Assembly (NCBI GenBank): GCA_976551045.1
Contig: CDPCPM010000142.1
Location: 868,001-932,000 of the forward strand
Length of the DNA stretch: 64,000 nt
Direction: 5' to 3'
Source of the DNA: Glaucostegus cemiculus
Lineage: Eukaryota
The translations under genes were made by a program, and so were the position numbers. The stretch's first letter is position 1. Each line of letters starts with the position of its first letter. This document shows positions 1 to 12,155 of the stretch, in pieces. The notes beneath the pieces were generated by a model that did not search any database, was not told where the DNA came from, and saw only the letters and a list, made by a program, of their open reading frames with translations.

Positions 1-843
1 AATAGAAATACAGATTATTATTTAAATAGTGAAAGATTATAGCTTGCTGTTGTATGCTGTAGAGGGACTTGAGAATGCTGGTGCATGAATTGCAAAAGGT
101 TGGTTTGCAGGTACAACAGGTTATCAAGAAGGTAAATGGATTGTTGGCTTTCATTGACAGAGGGATTAAATTCAAGAGCAGGTTATGCTGCAACCGTACA
201 GGGTACTGGTGAGGCCGCACCTGGAGTACTGTGTGCAATTCTGGTCTCCTTCCTTACTTGAGAAAAGATACATTGGCTTTGGAGGCGGTGCAGAAGAGAT
301 CACAAGACAAGGGAGCAGAAGGAGGCCATTCAGCCCTTCAAGTCTGCTCCATGAGGTTCACCAGGTTGATTCCAGAGATGAATGGGTCAGCCTATGAGGA
401 GAGATTGAGTTGCCTGGGACTATACTTGCTGGAATTCAGAAGAATAAGAGAGGATCTTATAGAAACATGTAAAATTGTGAAAGGGATAAATAAGATAGAT
501 GGGGGTAAGTTGTTCCCATTTGTAGGTGAGACTAGAGCTAGAGGACATAGTCTCAAGATTCGGGGGAGTAGATTTAGGATAGAGATTTAGGACAGAGATG
601 AGGAGGAACTGCTTTTCCTAAAGAGTAGTGAATCTGTGGAATTCGCTGCCCAAGGAAACAGTGGAGCCTACCTCATTAAATATACCTAAGACACAGTTCT
701 ATTGATTTTTGCATAGTAGGAAAATTAAGGGTTATGGGGAAAAGGCAGGTAGGTGGAGCTGAGTCCACGACCAGATCAGCCATTGATAGTGGAGCAGGCT
801 CGACTGGCCAGATGGTCTACTCCTGCTCCTATTTTTTATGTTT
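1..843 (+). mobile_element. CR1 LINE, 3' part of ORF2 (RT C-terminus) plus 3' UTR, frameshifted
   Basis: ORFs 185-397 and 231-590 give LVRPHLEYCVQFWSP / LEAVQ..RFTRLIPEM / YEERL..LGLY.LE.RR.R.DLIE, the typical CR1 ORF2 C-terminus. A CR1-type 3' tail follows at about 790-843. Confidence 0.92.
299..352 (-). mobile_element. 54-bp CR1-type 3' tail fragment inserted in opposite orientation inside the CR1
   Basis: The reverse complement reads ggagcagacttgaagggctgaatggcctccttctgctcccttgtcttgtg, a CR1 3'-terminal motif. It interrupts the VQRRFTR motif and is flanked by gag on both sides. Confidence 0.7.
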
Positions 844-2185
844 CAGTTACCACTTTTTTTTGCCCAACAGGCCAATCTGAAGCTTTGTGGCTCTCTTTGA
901 GCCACAAAGCCAATTTTTCTGTCCTCTCTGATTCCCCACACACCTATCTTTTAGATTACCTCAACTTTGTGTAAGATAGAATTAAAGATGCAATGCATCA
1001 GAATAGTCAAGCAACAAAGATAGATCAGGGTTTCAGTAGAAAAATCTGTGAAAGGGAAAGAGATAAGTTTAATGATTACGTGAATATGTTATCTGTAACT
1101 CATCTCATGATCTTGAGATCAAAAGTTCAGGAAATGAGAAGTTCAGGAATTGGTGGCCTTGAATTTTAAGGTTATAACATTGGCACTCATAGCATATGGC
1201 ATCAAAAGAGGATTCACCAGTCTGAATGAGGTAAGAGCAAGCCGCCGTAGGATGTATGAAAAGCCAGAAAGACTAATGCAGAATTACTTGATAATTGTCT
1301 CTCCTGGAGTAGAACCAACCATTCAAGATATGGAAAGTTCTGAGGAGGAAGCTGTTGGGAGCAGGCAGCATGTACTGACCCTGTAGCACTCTCATGACAG
1401 TCACTTAGTCAGGTGTAATTGGTTGATCAGGGACAAGTCGTGAGTCACAGTGACATTTGACGCATATTTCTTTGCAATAATGGAGCCTTATGCATCTAGA
1501 TTAATCAATGGAATATAATCATAGGGGAACATAGGAGGTGAGTCGCCTTCCTGCACTATTCACAACCCTCAGCAAAAGCATAAGAAGCATGAGTTTTAAA
1601 TATTGTGGGAGATAGATATTTCAAGAAAAATTCAAAGTGAAGTAAATCTGGGATTGGACATTCTCGTTCTGCCATCCATATGCTCAAAATGCTATTTTGA
1701 GCATTTCATGAAAGCACAATACCAAAAATGGTTCCCACAGAGCAACAGAATCTTTGTAAAGTGAAGAACTGCCACTCTGATTGAAACTTTCAGACTAATG
1801 GAAGCCATCATTCTTCATCAACTTTAAAACAAAAATTGCTTTGTTTCACTATCACTTGTGATTTTTTTGATTAGTTCGACTGGGATACCACACAGTTAAA
1901 ATCCAATAACTATTTGCTCGAGCCCTAATTGTTAAAATTTTATCTACGTCTATACTGAAGAAAATTATCTGAAATGGGATAATTGCAGATATCTGTAACT
2001 GATATCTTTTAAAAAATCTTCTATTTTGCATATTAGACTCCAAAAGAAGTACATAGTTATCTGTGCCCCAGCTAAGCCAGTAAACAGGCTAAAAGTTATA
2101 AAGGGCTGTAAAAGATAATTTCTCACATAATCAGTAAAACACTCCCCTCTAACCCTGCCTCCGATCATCTGCTTCTCAATCCACA

Positions 2186-2720
2186 ACCATGCCTTTTATT
2201 ATCTCTAAGCTTGACTATCCCAATGCAGTCCTGACTAGCCATCCTCATTCTGCCATCTATCTGCCATCTAGTTACTCAAAATCCTAATGCTCATTTTCAT
2301 ACACTATGTTCCATCTACCAAATACCTTCGTGCCCCCAGCTTCTCTTGGTGCTTGGTTAAGCAGCACCTTGATTTTTAAAATTTGTTTTCAAATTTCTCC
2401 ATGTTCTCACCATCCATATTGTAATAATCTTCTTGGGTCCCATAACCATCTGAAATATCTCTGCTCCTCTAGTGTCAACTTTTTGTCATCCCAGAGATAA
2501 TTAATCCACTACTTGTGACCATGGCTTCAGCTGCCAAATTTCTACACTCTGGAATTCATTCTCTGAATTCCTCATCTGCCTCTTTCTTTCCTCTTTACAA
2601 AATGTTCCTAAAACCTACTTTTGGTCACCTTAATATTTTCTTCTGTTGGTCAAAGCCAAATTCTGTTTACTAAAATTACTTTGAAGTTCCTTCATTATTT
2701 TACTGTGTGAAAGAAATTAT
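2186..2720 (+). mobile_element. Decayed L2-clade LINE 3' end
   Basis: With one frameshift it translates HAF.IISKLDYPNAVL (cf. L2 HAFVTSRLDYCNALL). Downstream are ttcagctgcc..ctctggaattc and aaaacctac, typical L2 3' features. Confidence 0.6.
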
Positions 2721-3323
2721 GTAGATATGTTGTCATTTTATAATAAGACTTTGCTGGCTTTTACAATGAACATGAGTATAGATTTTGGTAAGGTATCTTC
2801 ATTGACAATCACTAATTGCTGCTGCCACCTATCCTTGACATTCATCAGCATTACAAGAGACCCCCACTATTAACATCCTGACTTGGAGAGTGGGAGAACA
2901 CGTTTGATCAAAAATGCAACTAAAAATTAAGGTCTCAGCCATCAATGAATCACAGTTGCACACTTAGAACCATTCAGAACTAGGGCCAGGCAGTGTCCAG
3001 AGCAAGAAAGAATTAATGGATCAGGAGCCTGATTAGAATGGTAGTGGCTAATTGGGTTTTGAGTGCCTTGGAGGGAGAGGCATGGTATTGGCTGACTGTA
3101 GATCACCTCCTTGAGGGAGAGTTTGAGGGAAGTTGGTGTTGGAGAATTCAGCACTTGCATTAGTCAGGAGTCAGGGCGATTGGGGTAAGGGGGTAGTGAC
3201 TAATGGTTACATGAAAGGGTCTCCATGTAGTGGGCTTATCTGAATTGAGTTCCCCTTTGAGGCTGGGTTACTAAAGCCTGTTTTTACTCAGAGTTCCCAA
3301 TGATGTGTGCTTCTTATGTCGGT

Positions 3324-3543
3324 CATAGAATCACAGAGAGATGCAGGATGGGAATAAGTCCTTCAGCTCACCGAGGTTTGTGCCAACCATCAAGCACCCA
3401 TTGATTGATTGTCTTTGGGATGTGGAAGGAAACTCGTGTGATTACAAAGAGAACATGCAAACTCCACACAGACAGCACCAGCGATCAGGATTGAACCTGG
3501 TTCACTGGAGCTGTAAGGCAGCAGCTCTCCCAGCTGTGCCACC
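3324..3543 (-). mobile_element. Old tRNA-derived V-SINE (HE1-like) with CR1-type tail
   Basis: The reverse complement has a tRNA-like head (ggtggcacagctgg...ggttcaatcctg), a V-core (ggagtttgcatgttctc...ttccttccacatcccaaagac) and a CR1-like tail. Confidence 0.75.
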
Positions 3544-4517
3544 CTAATATACATGTGAATTTCCTTAGAAGTGCTGTAAAATGAGAATTGAAATAAGGGG
3601 AGTCAACATAATTTGATGTATGTCTGACTGAAATCACGTCAGGTACACAACACTGACTTGTGACTGGACGTATCGAGTCAAATTTCTGGACTGCAATTAG
3701 ATCCAAAAATGGTTATAATTGTGGTTTTCTCTGTAAAATACATTTTTTTCTAAGCCACTATGTCCCATTTACATTAAGTACACAATTTTACAGTTCATAA
3801 GAGGGGTGAACTGGTTATGGAAGTTGGCTTTTGTGATGAATGTGAGGAAAGATTTTTGCGAGGTGACTTCGAGCTTACATTATCAGTCACTGACAATTTT
3901 ATTTTCACAATCATACCGATTTTTTACTTAACATTTAAGGTTTATTTAAATGTGAAGTAGAGCAATTCTTTAACAATGACTTTCACATCTTGTGGAAGGG
4001 AAGCTGAAATCTGTATCAGAAAACTTAGATCTGTTATGATACTTTTGTTATGGTGTTTGAACTGCTTTCTCTAACTAATAATTAAATAAAGGCAAGGTTA
4101 AAAATAAACTACTCTGTTTAAGAGGAACAAAGAATAATGGTTCAAACAATGCAGATAATGACACACAGCTACATTAGACTAGCAAAGCTAATATACTTCA
4201 GGCACTCAACAAATATTTTGCTATGTTCTATAAACAGACTGTAACAGTTTGTTGACCAGATCAATGCTGCTTCCATTTTATTGGCTACATTTCTAACAAA
4301 AAAAATGTAATGAATTTATCCCTTATTAGCTGTTCTTGGAAAAGCACATATCGCTTCACATGTCAGTAAATAGTAAATAATTATTTTAAATGGAACATAT
4401 AGGTAAAACAAAGCTTGAAAAACATTATATACAAAACAAGAAGTTTCCTAAGTACAAGAGGGAGTACAATTTATACACATAATTGTAGTGAGGCATATTT
4501 TATTCAAAATTGTGGCT

Positions 4518-4681
4518 NNNNNNNNNNNNNNNNNNNNNNNNNNNNNNNNNNNNNNNNNNNNNNNNNNNNNNNNNNNNNNNNNNNNNNNNNNNNNNNNNNN
4601 NNNNNNNNNNNNNNNNNNNNNNNNNNNNNNNNNNNNNNNNNNNNNNNNNNNNNNNNNNNNNNNNNNNNNNNNNNNNNNNNN
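4518..4681. other. 164-nt N-run in unique, non-repetitive sequence (gap or masked block)
   Basis: Seen directly. The flanks show no simple repeat or TE. Confidence 0.95.
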
Positions 4682-6198
4682 TTGTAACACTAAGTAACCT
4701 TCGAATTCAAGTTGTTTAGGAAGGGGAAAATTCAATCTTGTGCATATAGTCCTCCTGTCACTTTGGTAGATGGTCTGAAAGCTCTCAGATTAATTACACT
4801 GATAAAGACTTCCAAACATAAAATCCGATAGTTATCTGTGAGGAGATGTTGTAAAGCAACATTGTCACATAATCGTCAATTGTAACTGTAAATTTTGGCT
4901 TTAAGTTGTGGAAGTTGGTCGAGAAAACGTCTAGAAATTCAGTTGGTAGAACCAAACGTGTTATATTGTCTTCAAGGAAGCTGAATTTTGAGGAAGGGTG
5001 CAACGTGCTGCCACTACAGTATTGTGCCTCAAGCACAACTGATGGCACAATAGTTTTATAATAATACTGATCTGTATATTACACTTAAAAGTAAAAAAAA
5101 ACACCTTTTACTAAAACCAATGACTTGCCATGCATGGTTATCAAGTCAAACTTGATTTATTTTACTTATAAGTTTTTAGTATGCATTATTAATCAACTGT
5201 TAACCTAAATTTCTGTACACCATGTCAGAATTTTAAACAGTGGAAAAACCATAACTACCACTGGAAGAAACGGCATAAAACCCAAAGTTGCTTTCAAAAG
5301 CAATATTGAGAAGACAATTCATGGGAATATCAGCAAAGCATCTGAAAGCTGATGCTAAAGCGACACTGAAATAGAAAACGATATATTTTATATCTGTTAA
5401 AGGGAGACTAGTTTCACCAAACTGGGCACTGATTAACCTTTTTGTTTACAAATGCTGAACCTGGTGGCATTTATTATCAAAATATGTCTGGTCATTTCCA
5501 CATTCTGTGACAAAGATGACAAACTGCTTTTCTTCTTTACAGAGAGATTTTCATGAAGACAATAGATACATATCTAATGATTAATGGGAAACACAAAGGA
5601 CAGTTATCCCCTTTTTTCTGCACACATACATATGTTGAACAGTTTAAATAGTCGTTGATAAATTTGTCATTTCAGTGTTGGCAGCAAAATAGGGTTGGCA
5701 ACAGTGGACATAAATATAAGCACAGTCAATTTAATCTAACCTCCGGAATCTAGGATCCATTTTAAGCCTGAACTGAAAACCAGCAAGGAAACAAAATATC
5801 TTCTGTTAATGAAGTTATCTGTGAAAGAAAGAGACAGGAATAATTTAGTTATAATTTTTGAAGGACTTCCCATTTTGCGTACCTTCAATTTTAGAAATTA
5901 AATTAGCATTAATCTTTTCTCTGTTTACCTTTTCAATAAGATATGATGAGCAATTCTTCTTAAAAGAAAGAGGAAGTTCTCTCCTCACCACATTCAGCTG
6001 CTTCTGAGTAAAGGAGTAAGTTACAATACGTTGCAATATCTTAGTTATATATGATGGGATATGTTGGTAGCAAAAGTAATCATGGAAGGATTTGTATGAT
6101 TTAGGATTAATGGGGCACAGTATAGCTGCTAATTGCTAAGGGGGAAATAGCTAGAAATTAGGGCAAAGAATGGCTCTTAAAAATGTTTTGAGATCAAA

Positions 6199-6243
6199 GG
6201 GGTGAAATTGATTTGGGGTGAAATTGATTTGGTGAAATTGAAT
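6199..6243 (+). repeat. Short tandem repeat (gg)ggtgaaattgattt x3
   Basis: ggggtgaaattgattt-ggggtgaaattgattt-ggtgaaattgaat read directly. Confidence 0.85.
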
Positions 6244-9169
6244 ATGGAGAAAGTGAATTTTTTTACACCTATCCTAATTTTCATCCATTCCCCCCTCATT
6301 CTCCCATCCCAACCCCAATGCACCAAGATCAGTGGAATATAAACATACATACAAACAGATCTGTGTGGCATTGTTGTTTTCTTTCTAAATTTTATTGAGC
6401 TGAAAGGTGAGGTGTCTAGGTGGCTCTTGCTGAGAAATGTCAGCAGGCTTATGACAACTTCCTGCGTTGACCTTGCTACATGCGTATCTGGAAGCCCAGC
6501 ACTTGCTGGATGAATTGATTTGGTATTTCTCAACTGTGCTGTGGTGTAGGACTCTCTGTGAAATGCAGCAGTAGAGCAGGAACTTGCTGCATTCCCCTGC
6601 TCTGCTGCACCTATTGCAGATTGGTTCTGGTGCAGTAGCAGCTGGACACTGCATTTCCATGGAGGGCAGAGCCGTGAAGGAGAAGGGTACCTTATATATT
6701 TTGGATTTCATGGTTTAATTGTTTAAAAGCAGTAAATCATTTTAATTGTTAAATTGATGGTTTATATTTTTTGAATGCTCTGAATTACAGAGACATTCAG
6801 AAGTGTTCAAAGTCCTTAACAGCTTTCATAGCTGTCAAAGCCAAGGAGGATGGCTCAGTCACAGAGGAACCTTTTTATTATCTGTTTCATGGACGGAGCT
6901 TACTCTAACCTCCCCCCACCCCCCCATGTGACAGGATAATATCCAAGAAACCCTCCTCCCTCATAGGGGTCACATTACCTTGGCTGGAATAGTAATTTCA
7001 ACATTACAATAGTAAAAAACATTCACAGCTTTTCATTGGCCGCAGATGTTGGTCCCAGGTATTTTAAGTGATTTGCATGATTTGAAATGTGGATTAGTGT
7101 AGAATTTCCTCACTTGGATGGTAGCCTCAACTCAACAGCAAGAAAACTGTGCAGATTTGACAAAGGATGGGTGATCCATTTTACCATATTAGCTGTCAGG
7201 AAATAAGGAGTAAAATCTATCCCATCTCTTTGTATTTAACTGCATGTTTTCAGTGCTGTGGAAAGAATTGGCAAGCCCCGCCATGGATTTGTCTGCATCT
7301 GGCTATTGGATAGTAATGTTAGAATTTCAAGAGTCCTGGAAATCTGCAGCTCAGAAGGAGGAATATTTAGTCTGTGAAGTTTGCACTGGCTCTTTTCTAG
7401 AACAATTCAAAACTAATCCTAATGTATTATTTCCCCCATTGCTCTGTTGTTTCTTCTGTTTACAACATTTATCTTTCATAACATTAAAAAAATCACATTA
7501 ACAGGACAAAATAGCACTATTTTTATATTACTATTCATCATGTGCTCAGCAGAATAGGTGTCCTGAACTACATGAGTACACTGCTATGTACTTTGCAGTT
7601 GGTATGTTCATTCCTCTCTTTAACAGCTGAAAATATTATATAGCAATGGGTATACCAGTGGCAAAATACTGATAGTTTAAAATTTCAATGTCTTGATACA
7701 CCCGTTATCACCAGTGATGGAAGCTGTTAATAATAAGACCATGGCCTCAAAATTCTTTTGAATAGCACCACGTTTAAGCATACTATATGATCAGATTTTA
7801 TCAGAAAACTGATTACTTACTGCAGGCTTTGCAATGGTTACCAAATTGTTTACGGGTTCCCTGTGGCTTTGTCATGCTTCAACGTGGAGGTGAACAGAAA
7901 GGCATACACAATATGTATTAGACACCAGTTCCACAAAATTAATTTGAATAGTCAGTTCACCCCCACGTGTAAGCATGCCAAAACCCCAGTGGACCTGTGA
8001 ACAATTTGGTAACACACAGTGAGACTTACTGGGAACCTGCTGGACCAGACTCAAGGACATGGGGTCTATTTCTCAGAACTAACAACCAGCACTTTCCCTT
8101 TAAGTACAAAGGTATAGATCTGTTTTGGAAATCCACTGCCATACCCCTGAAAAAAATGTTGAAAATACTAATGATCACTTTATTGTGGTTATACAGAGAG
8201 AGCTGAGTTCTAATTCTGACCATTCATGTTTGAACAAATTAATCAAAATTTAAACCTGGAAATCCAGTCAGAACAAATATCCAATATTGTTTTTTTTAAA
8301 GTTTGGTGAAAAGTACAAACAGCACAAAATGTAAAAATAATAATTGATATAACAAGCAGTAAAACCTGAAGTTGCAGATACAATATGAAAATAATATAAA
8401 TCTGTGAGGGTGAATTTATTACAATGGAAAAGTGAAATTGCGGCATTGGCATCCAAAGAAAATGATTCAAGTTATAAAGAATCAGTGAAAATATGTTTTA
8501 AGTATCTTACTTAAAATACAGTCTGAGCAGAATACAGAGCTAGAAATTCAGAATCCCATAAGACCATGTACTAAAAATGGAGCTACAAGGAGTATTCAGT
8601 GCCAGCTTATCCTTGTGTCATTTGTGTATGACTTTTATGCAAGTTGTTTGTGAAGGCATACTTTGGAAGTATAACTCCTGATGTGAGCACATAATAAGCA
8701 TGAGTAATTTCAAGAGTCTTGTACACCTGAAGAAGCCAATTACTGCTGACTGATGGTTGCACTTTTTAAGTGGGAGATAACCACTAAGTACATGGACCTA
8801 ATATGAGCAACTGGGTTTAGTGTAGATGGGCAAACAGTTTGGCATGGATGTGGTGTGTCATGTACAACTCTGACTAAATCCCACTGCTGAAGTCATTGCT
8901 GGGAGTTCTGACAAGAGCAATGGTATAACAGAGGTTGGAGCTTCTCATAAACCTGAGTGGAAGATGTGGACCCCTGCAGGGAAATGTGCACATACATGTA
9001 TCCAGGAAGTTGCCAAGGGTAGACATACAGTGTGAGAAGTGACCAGAAATATCAGTGACAGAAGTATTTAAAAAAGAATTTGGTCCCAGACCTCAAGAAA
9101 GTTACTGATCACTTGAGCTTGGCCAAGGTCTGTGAAAACAGTAATGTGTGCACTACTAATCACATGCAT

Positions 9170-9728
9170 CAAGTCAAGCTGAATTTATTTGTCATGTGTA
9201 CTAGTACAGTGAGGTACGGGTACAATGACAAACCTGCTTGCAGCAGCATCACAGTCACATAGGTACAGCCAACACACAGAATATAAGTTAGGCATTAAAT
9301 ATTACAAGACAGTGAGGAGAAAGAGAAAAAAAGACTGCAAAAAAAGACAATCAGAGACAAGTCCATGGTGGTGCAAGAGGTGGTCTGTAGTGATCCATTG
9401 CTGAGCAGGTCAGTTCAGGAACCTGAGGATTGTAGGAAAGTAGCTGATTCTGAACCCGGTGGGTGTGAGACTTCAGGCTTCTGTACCTCCTACTTGATGG
9501 GAACAGTGAGAAGAGGGCATGACCCAGATGGTGGGGATTATTGGTGATGGATGCTGCCTTCTGCCTCTTGTAGATGCTGTTAATAGTGGAAAGGGCCAAG
9601 CTTGTGATAGGCTGGGCTGTGTCCACGGCTCTCTGCAGCCTCTTGTGTTTCTGTGCATTGGAATTGCCATAACGCAACCAGTCAGGATACTTTCAACAGT
9701 GCATCTGTAGAAGGTTTGTTAGAGTAGT
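9170..9728 (-). mobile_element. Rex1/Babar-like LINE 3' fragment
   Basis: ORF 9351-9677(-) contains KRLQRAVDTAQ.IT...KAASI..NPHHLGHALFSLFPSSRRYRSL, the characteristic C-terminus of Rex1-like RT ORFs. The 3' end is near gaatttatttgtcatgtg. Confidence 0.8.
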
Positions 9729-10409
9729 TATGACTTAGCACACCTCCAGTACTCAAATGCATATTTCATACCTTACATGGACTTGCTGATATTCAGCTAT
9801 GCCAGTCATATTATTTACACATATTGCAAAGCAATCTGACACACTTACTGCAGGAGAAGGAGCTTGCATCGAGTGACTGCAGCAGCAGGTAGAAGGGAGA
9901 GTGACCATGCACACAGAGGAAGGAGAAGGTGACTTTGCTTTGCTGTATGTGACACCACATCCACCATCTCGTATCCTGCCGATCAGAGAAGGACGTTTAG
10001 AGGTGGACTCACCACATAATGAATCACTTGTCGCCTGGAATCAGGGGAGTGGAGGGGTAGCACTGTTCCAGCTCCACAGAGAGTGAGATTGCGCATTCTT
10101 TCTGTCTCAGAAAGTTTGGTTGAGCTTTCAGTGGGGCAGCTTAGGGACGCAAACTGTCAAACATGCAAATGGAGTAGTTTGGGACATTGTCTATCTCTCT
10201 GCTTGAGATTTCTTGGAGCATGGATAAGTCCATCTCCAACCTTGCATACAGCTTGGGGCGATTCTGAAGGGTCTTCTTTATACATGGAACTGGTGGCCAG
10301 CTCAGTGTTATAGCTGATGAACCCACCATGGTGCACTGCCTGATCCCCAAGGCCCTGCGTTTACAGGCTGCTGACTTTATGGCTCTGAATTTCATTGCTG
10401 AAAGGAACT

Positions 10410-10810
10410 TATAAGATTAAGAAAGAGGAGCCATAGACATTCAGCCCCACTTGTCTGCTTCTCATTCAATGGCTGATCTTTATGCCACTGCCACTAACTT
10501 AGTTCCTTTGAGTCCCTTATTCTCAAAATCTATCACAATTCTCTTGAATACACTGACTGAACCTCTGCAGCCATCTTGGGTGCAGGCTGCCCCCAAACAC
10601 GCTACACAAAAGATACATTTCACTGTGTGTTTCAATGTACATGTGGCTAATAAAGATATCTTATAAAATGTTGGCACAACATTGTGGGCTGAAGGGCCTG
10701 TACTGTGCTGTAGTTTTGTATGTTCTAATGAATTCTAAAGATTCTCAAATGTGTGAATATATTTGCACTGAATGGTCAACCCCTTGTTCTGAGACTTTGA
10801 CTTCTGGTTC
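10410..10810. mobile_element. Nested cluster: decayed CR1 3' end (-) interrupted by a SINE tail (+, about 10581-10665) and a CR1 tail (+, about 10666-10727)
   Basis: 10581-10665 matches the tail of the SINE at 47968-48256. 10666-10727 contains gggctgaagggcctgtactgtgctgt (CR1 terminus). The flanks resemble a minus-strand CR1 3' UTR. Confidence 0.6.
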
Positions 10811-11451
10811 TAGACACTACAGCTTGGCTAAATTGTCAAACTAGTTCTGGACACTGACCCTTTGATGTTAAGACATCAAGGCCATTTTCAGTTCCTCCAT
10901 TCCTAGGAAGCAAACATCCAGCAGCCTGGCTAAGTTGCGGATGAGTGCTGTATAGACCAGCAAGCATGGGCACGTGTGAGATTGGTACTGAGAATGTTTA
11001 TTCATTAGTTATACGGTTTTTGTGCTGTTTTGCTGTATAAATATATTTGGCACTTTGAATTACTTGGTGCTAGCTTTCATTATTTTGTGGAAGGGACACT
11101 GATAATCAGTAGCAGAATGGTGACTTCATGGGAACGACATCACAATATGGATTTGGTTTCCTGTTTATGTCTTGTCATTTGTAGGTGTTGAGATTTGCCA
11201 GGAGATCAGTTTTTGTTCCTCGTGCCTGATTGTCATTGGGATTGCAAGGAGCTGCCTTCCTCGCTTGCTTGTGGTGGAGAAACTCTGTCAACATTGTCAT
11301 GGAGGATTTCCAATATAGTGAATGAGTGAGCGTGAAAGAAGGTGTGCTTTGGAGGCAACCTTACCTATGTTAAAGTTCCCAAACAAATGCTGCCCTTCCC
11401 TTTTCAGTTGCTTGTGAATGGAATGCTTGTAAATTTCTGCCATCCCAATGA

Positions 11452-11711
11452 AGAAATGCACACAGTGCAGGCAGTGCTTCAGTACTGAACTGTGCGGTGC
11501 AAGGTCAGGATGCACACAGAAATGCGCACAGTGCAGGCAGTGCTTCAGTACTGAACTGTGCTGTGCAAGGTCAGGATGCACACAGAAATGCGCACAGTGC
11601 AGGCAGTGCTTCAGTACTGAACTGTGCGGTGCAAGGTCAGGATGCACACAGAAATGCGCACAGTGCAGGCAGTGCTTCAGTACTGAACTGTGCGGTGCAA
11701 GGTCAGGATGC
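11452..11711 (+). repeat. 66-bp minisatellite, about 3.9 near-identical copies
   Basis: Unit agaaatgcgcacagtgcaggcagtgcttcagtactgaactgtgcggtgcaaggtcaggatgcacac starts at 11452, 11518, 11584 and 11650. Confidence 0.97.
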
Positions 11712-11867
11712 TCTGTGGACTTAGCATCATCTTTGGAACTTCATTCATGGAGGCAAGTGGAGAACATTTACATCCTTATCTTGAACTTTGCGGAGGGTGG
11801 AACTACTTTATAAGTCAAGGATAAGTTCCTTCATAATCTTCATTGTCATAGAAATATTACACAATCT

Positions 11868-12155
11868 TCATAGTTATAGAAATAAAAGTACAGAAATAAA
11901 TCCTTCAGCCTAATGAGTCCACACGAACCATCAAGGAGCCATTTGAACTAATCCCATTTTATTCTCTGCACATTCCTCCCCTCAACCCCTCAGATTTGAT
12001 CATTCACCTACACACTAGGGATAATTTACAGTGCCCATTTCACAGCACCTGGAGTAAACCCACATCATCACTGGGAAACTCCACATGGGCAGCACCTGAA
12101 GTCAGGATTGAGCCCAGGATGCTGGAGATTGAGCTGCAGTTCTGCTGTCTGCATC
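11868..12155 (-). mobile_element. Old V-SINE (HE1-like)
   Basis: Same architecture as 3324-3543: aaactccacat..gcagcacctgaagtcaggattgagcccagg (reverse-complement tRNA head) and a CR1-like tail ccttcagcc. Confidence 0.65.

Noticed and set aside
1680-1704. Perfect 11-bp inverted repeat atgctcaaaat-gct-attttgagcat
   Set aside because: One such hairpin is plausible by chance in 64 kb of AT-rich DNA, and there is no supporting context.
11452-11711. CRISPR-like array (palindromic repeats at regular spacing)
   Set aside because: The sequences between palindromes are identical, not unique spacers. There are no cas genes and the context is vertebrate.
11448-11813. Cys-rich 121-aa ORF as a metal-binding protein
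   Set aside because: It is explained by the 66-bp (22-codon) tandem period. I saw no splice or promoter evidence.
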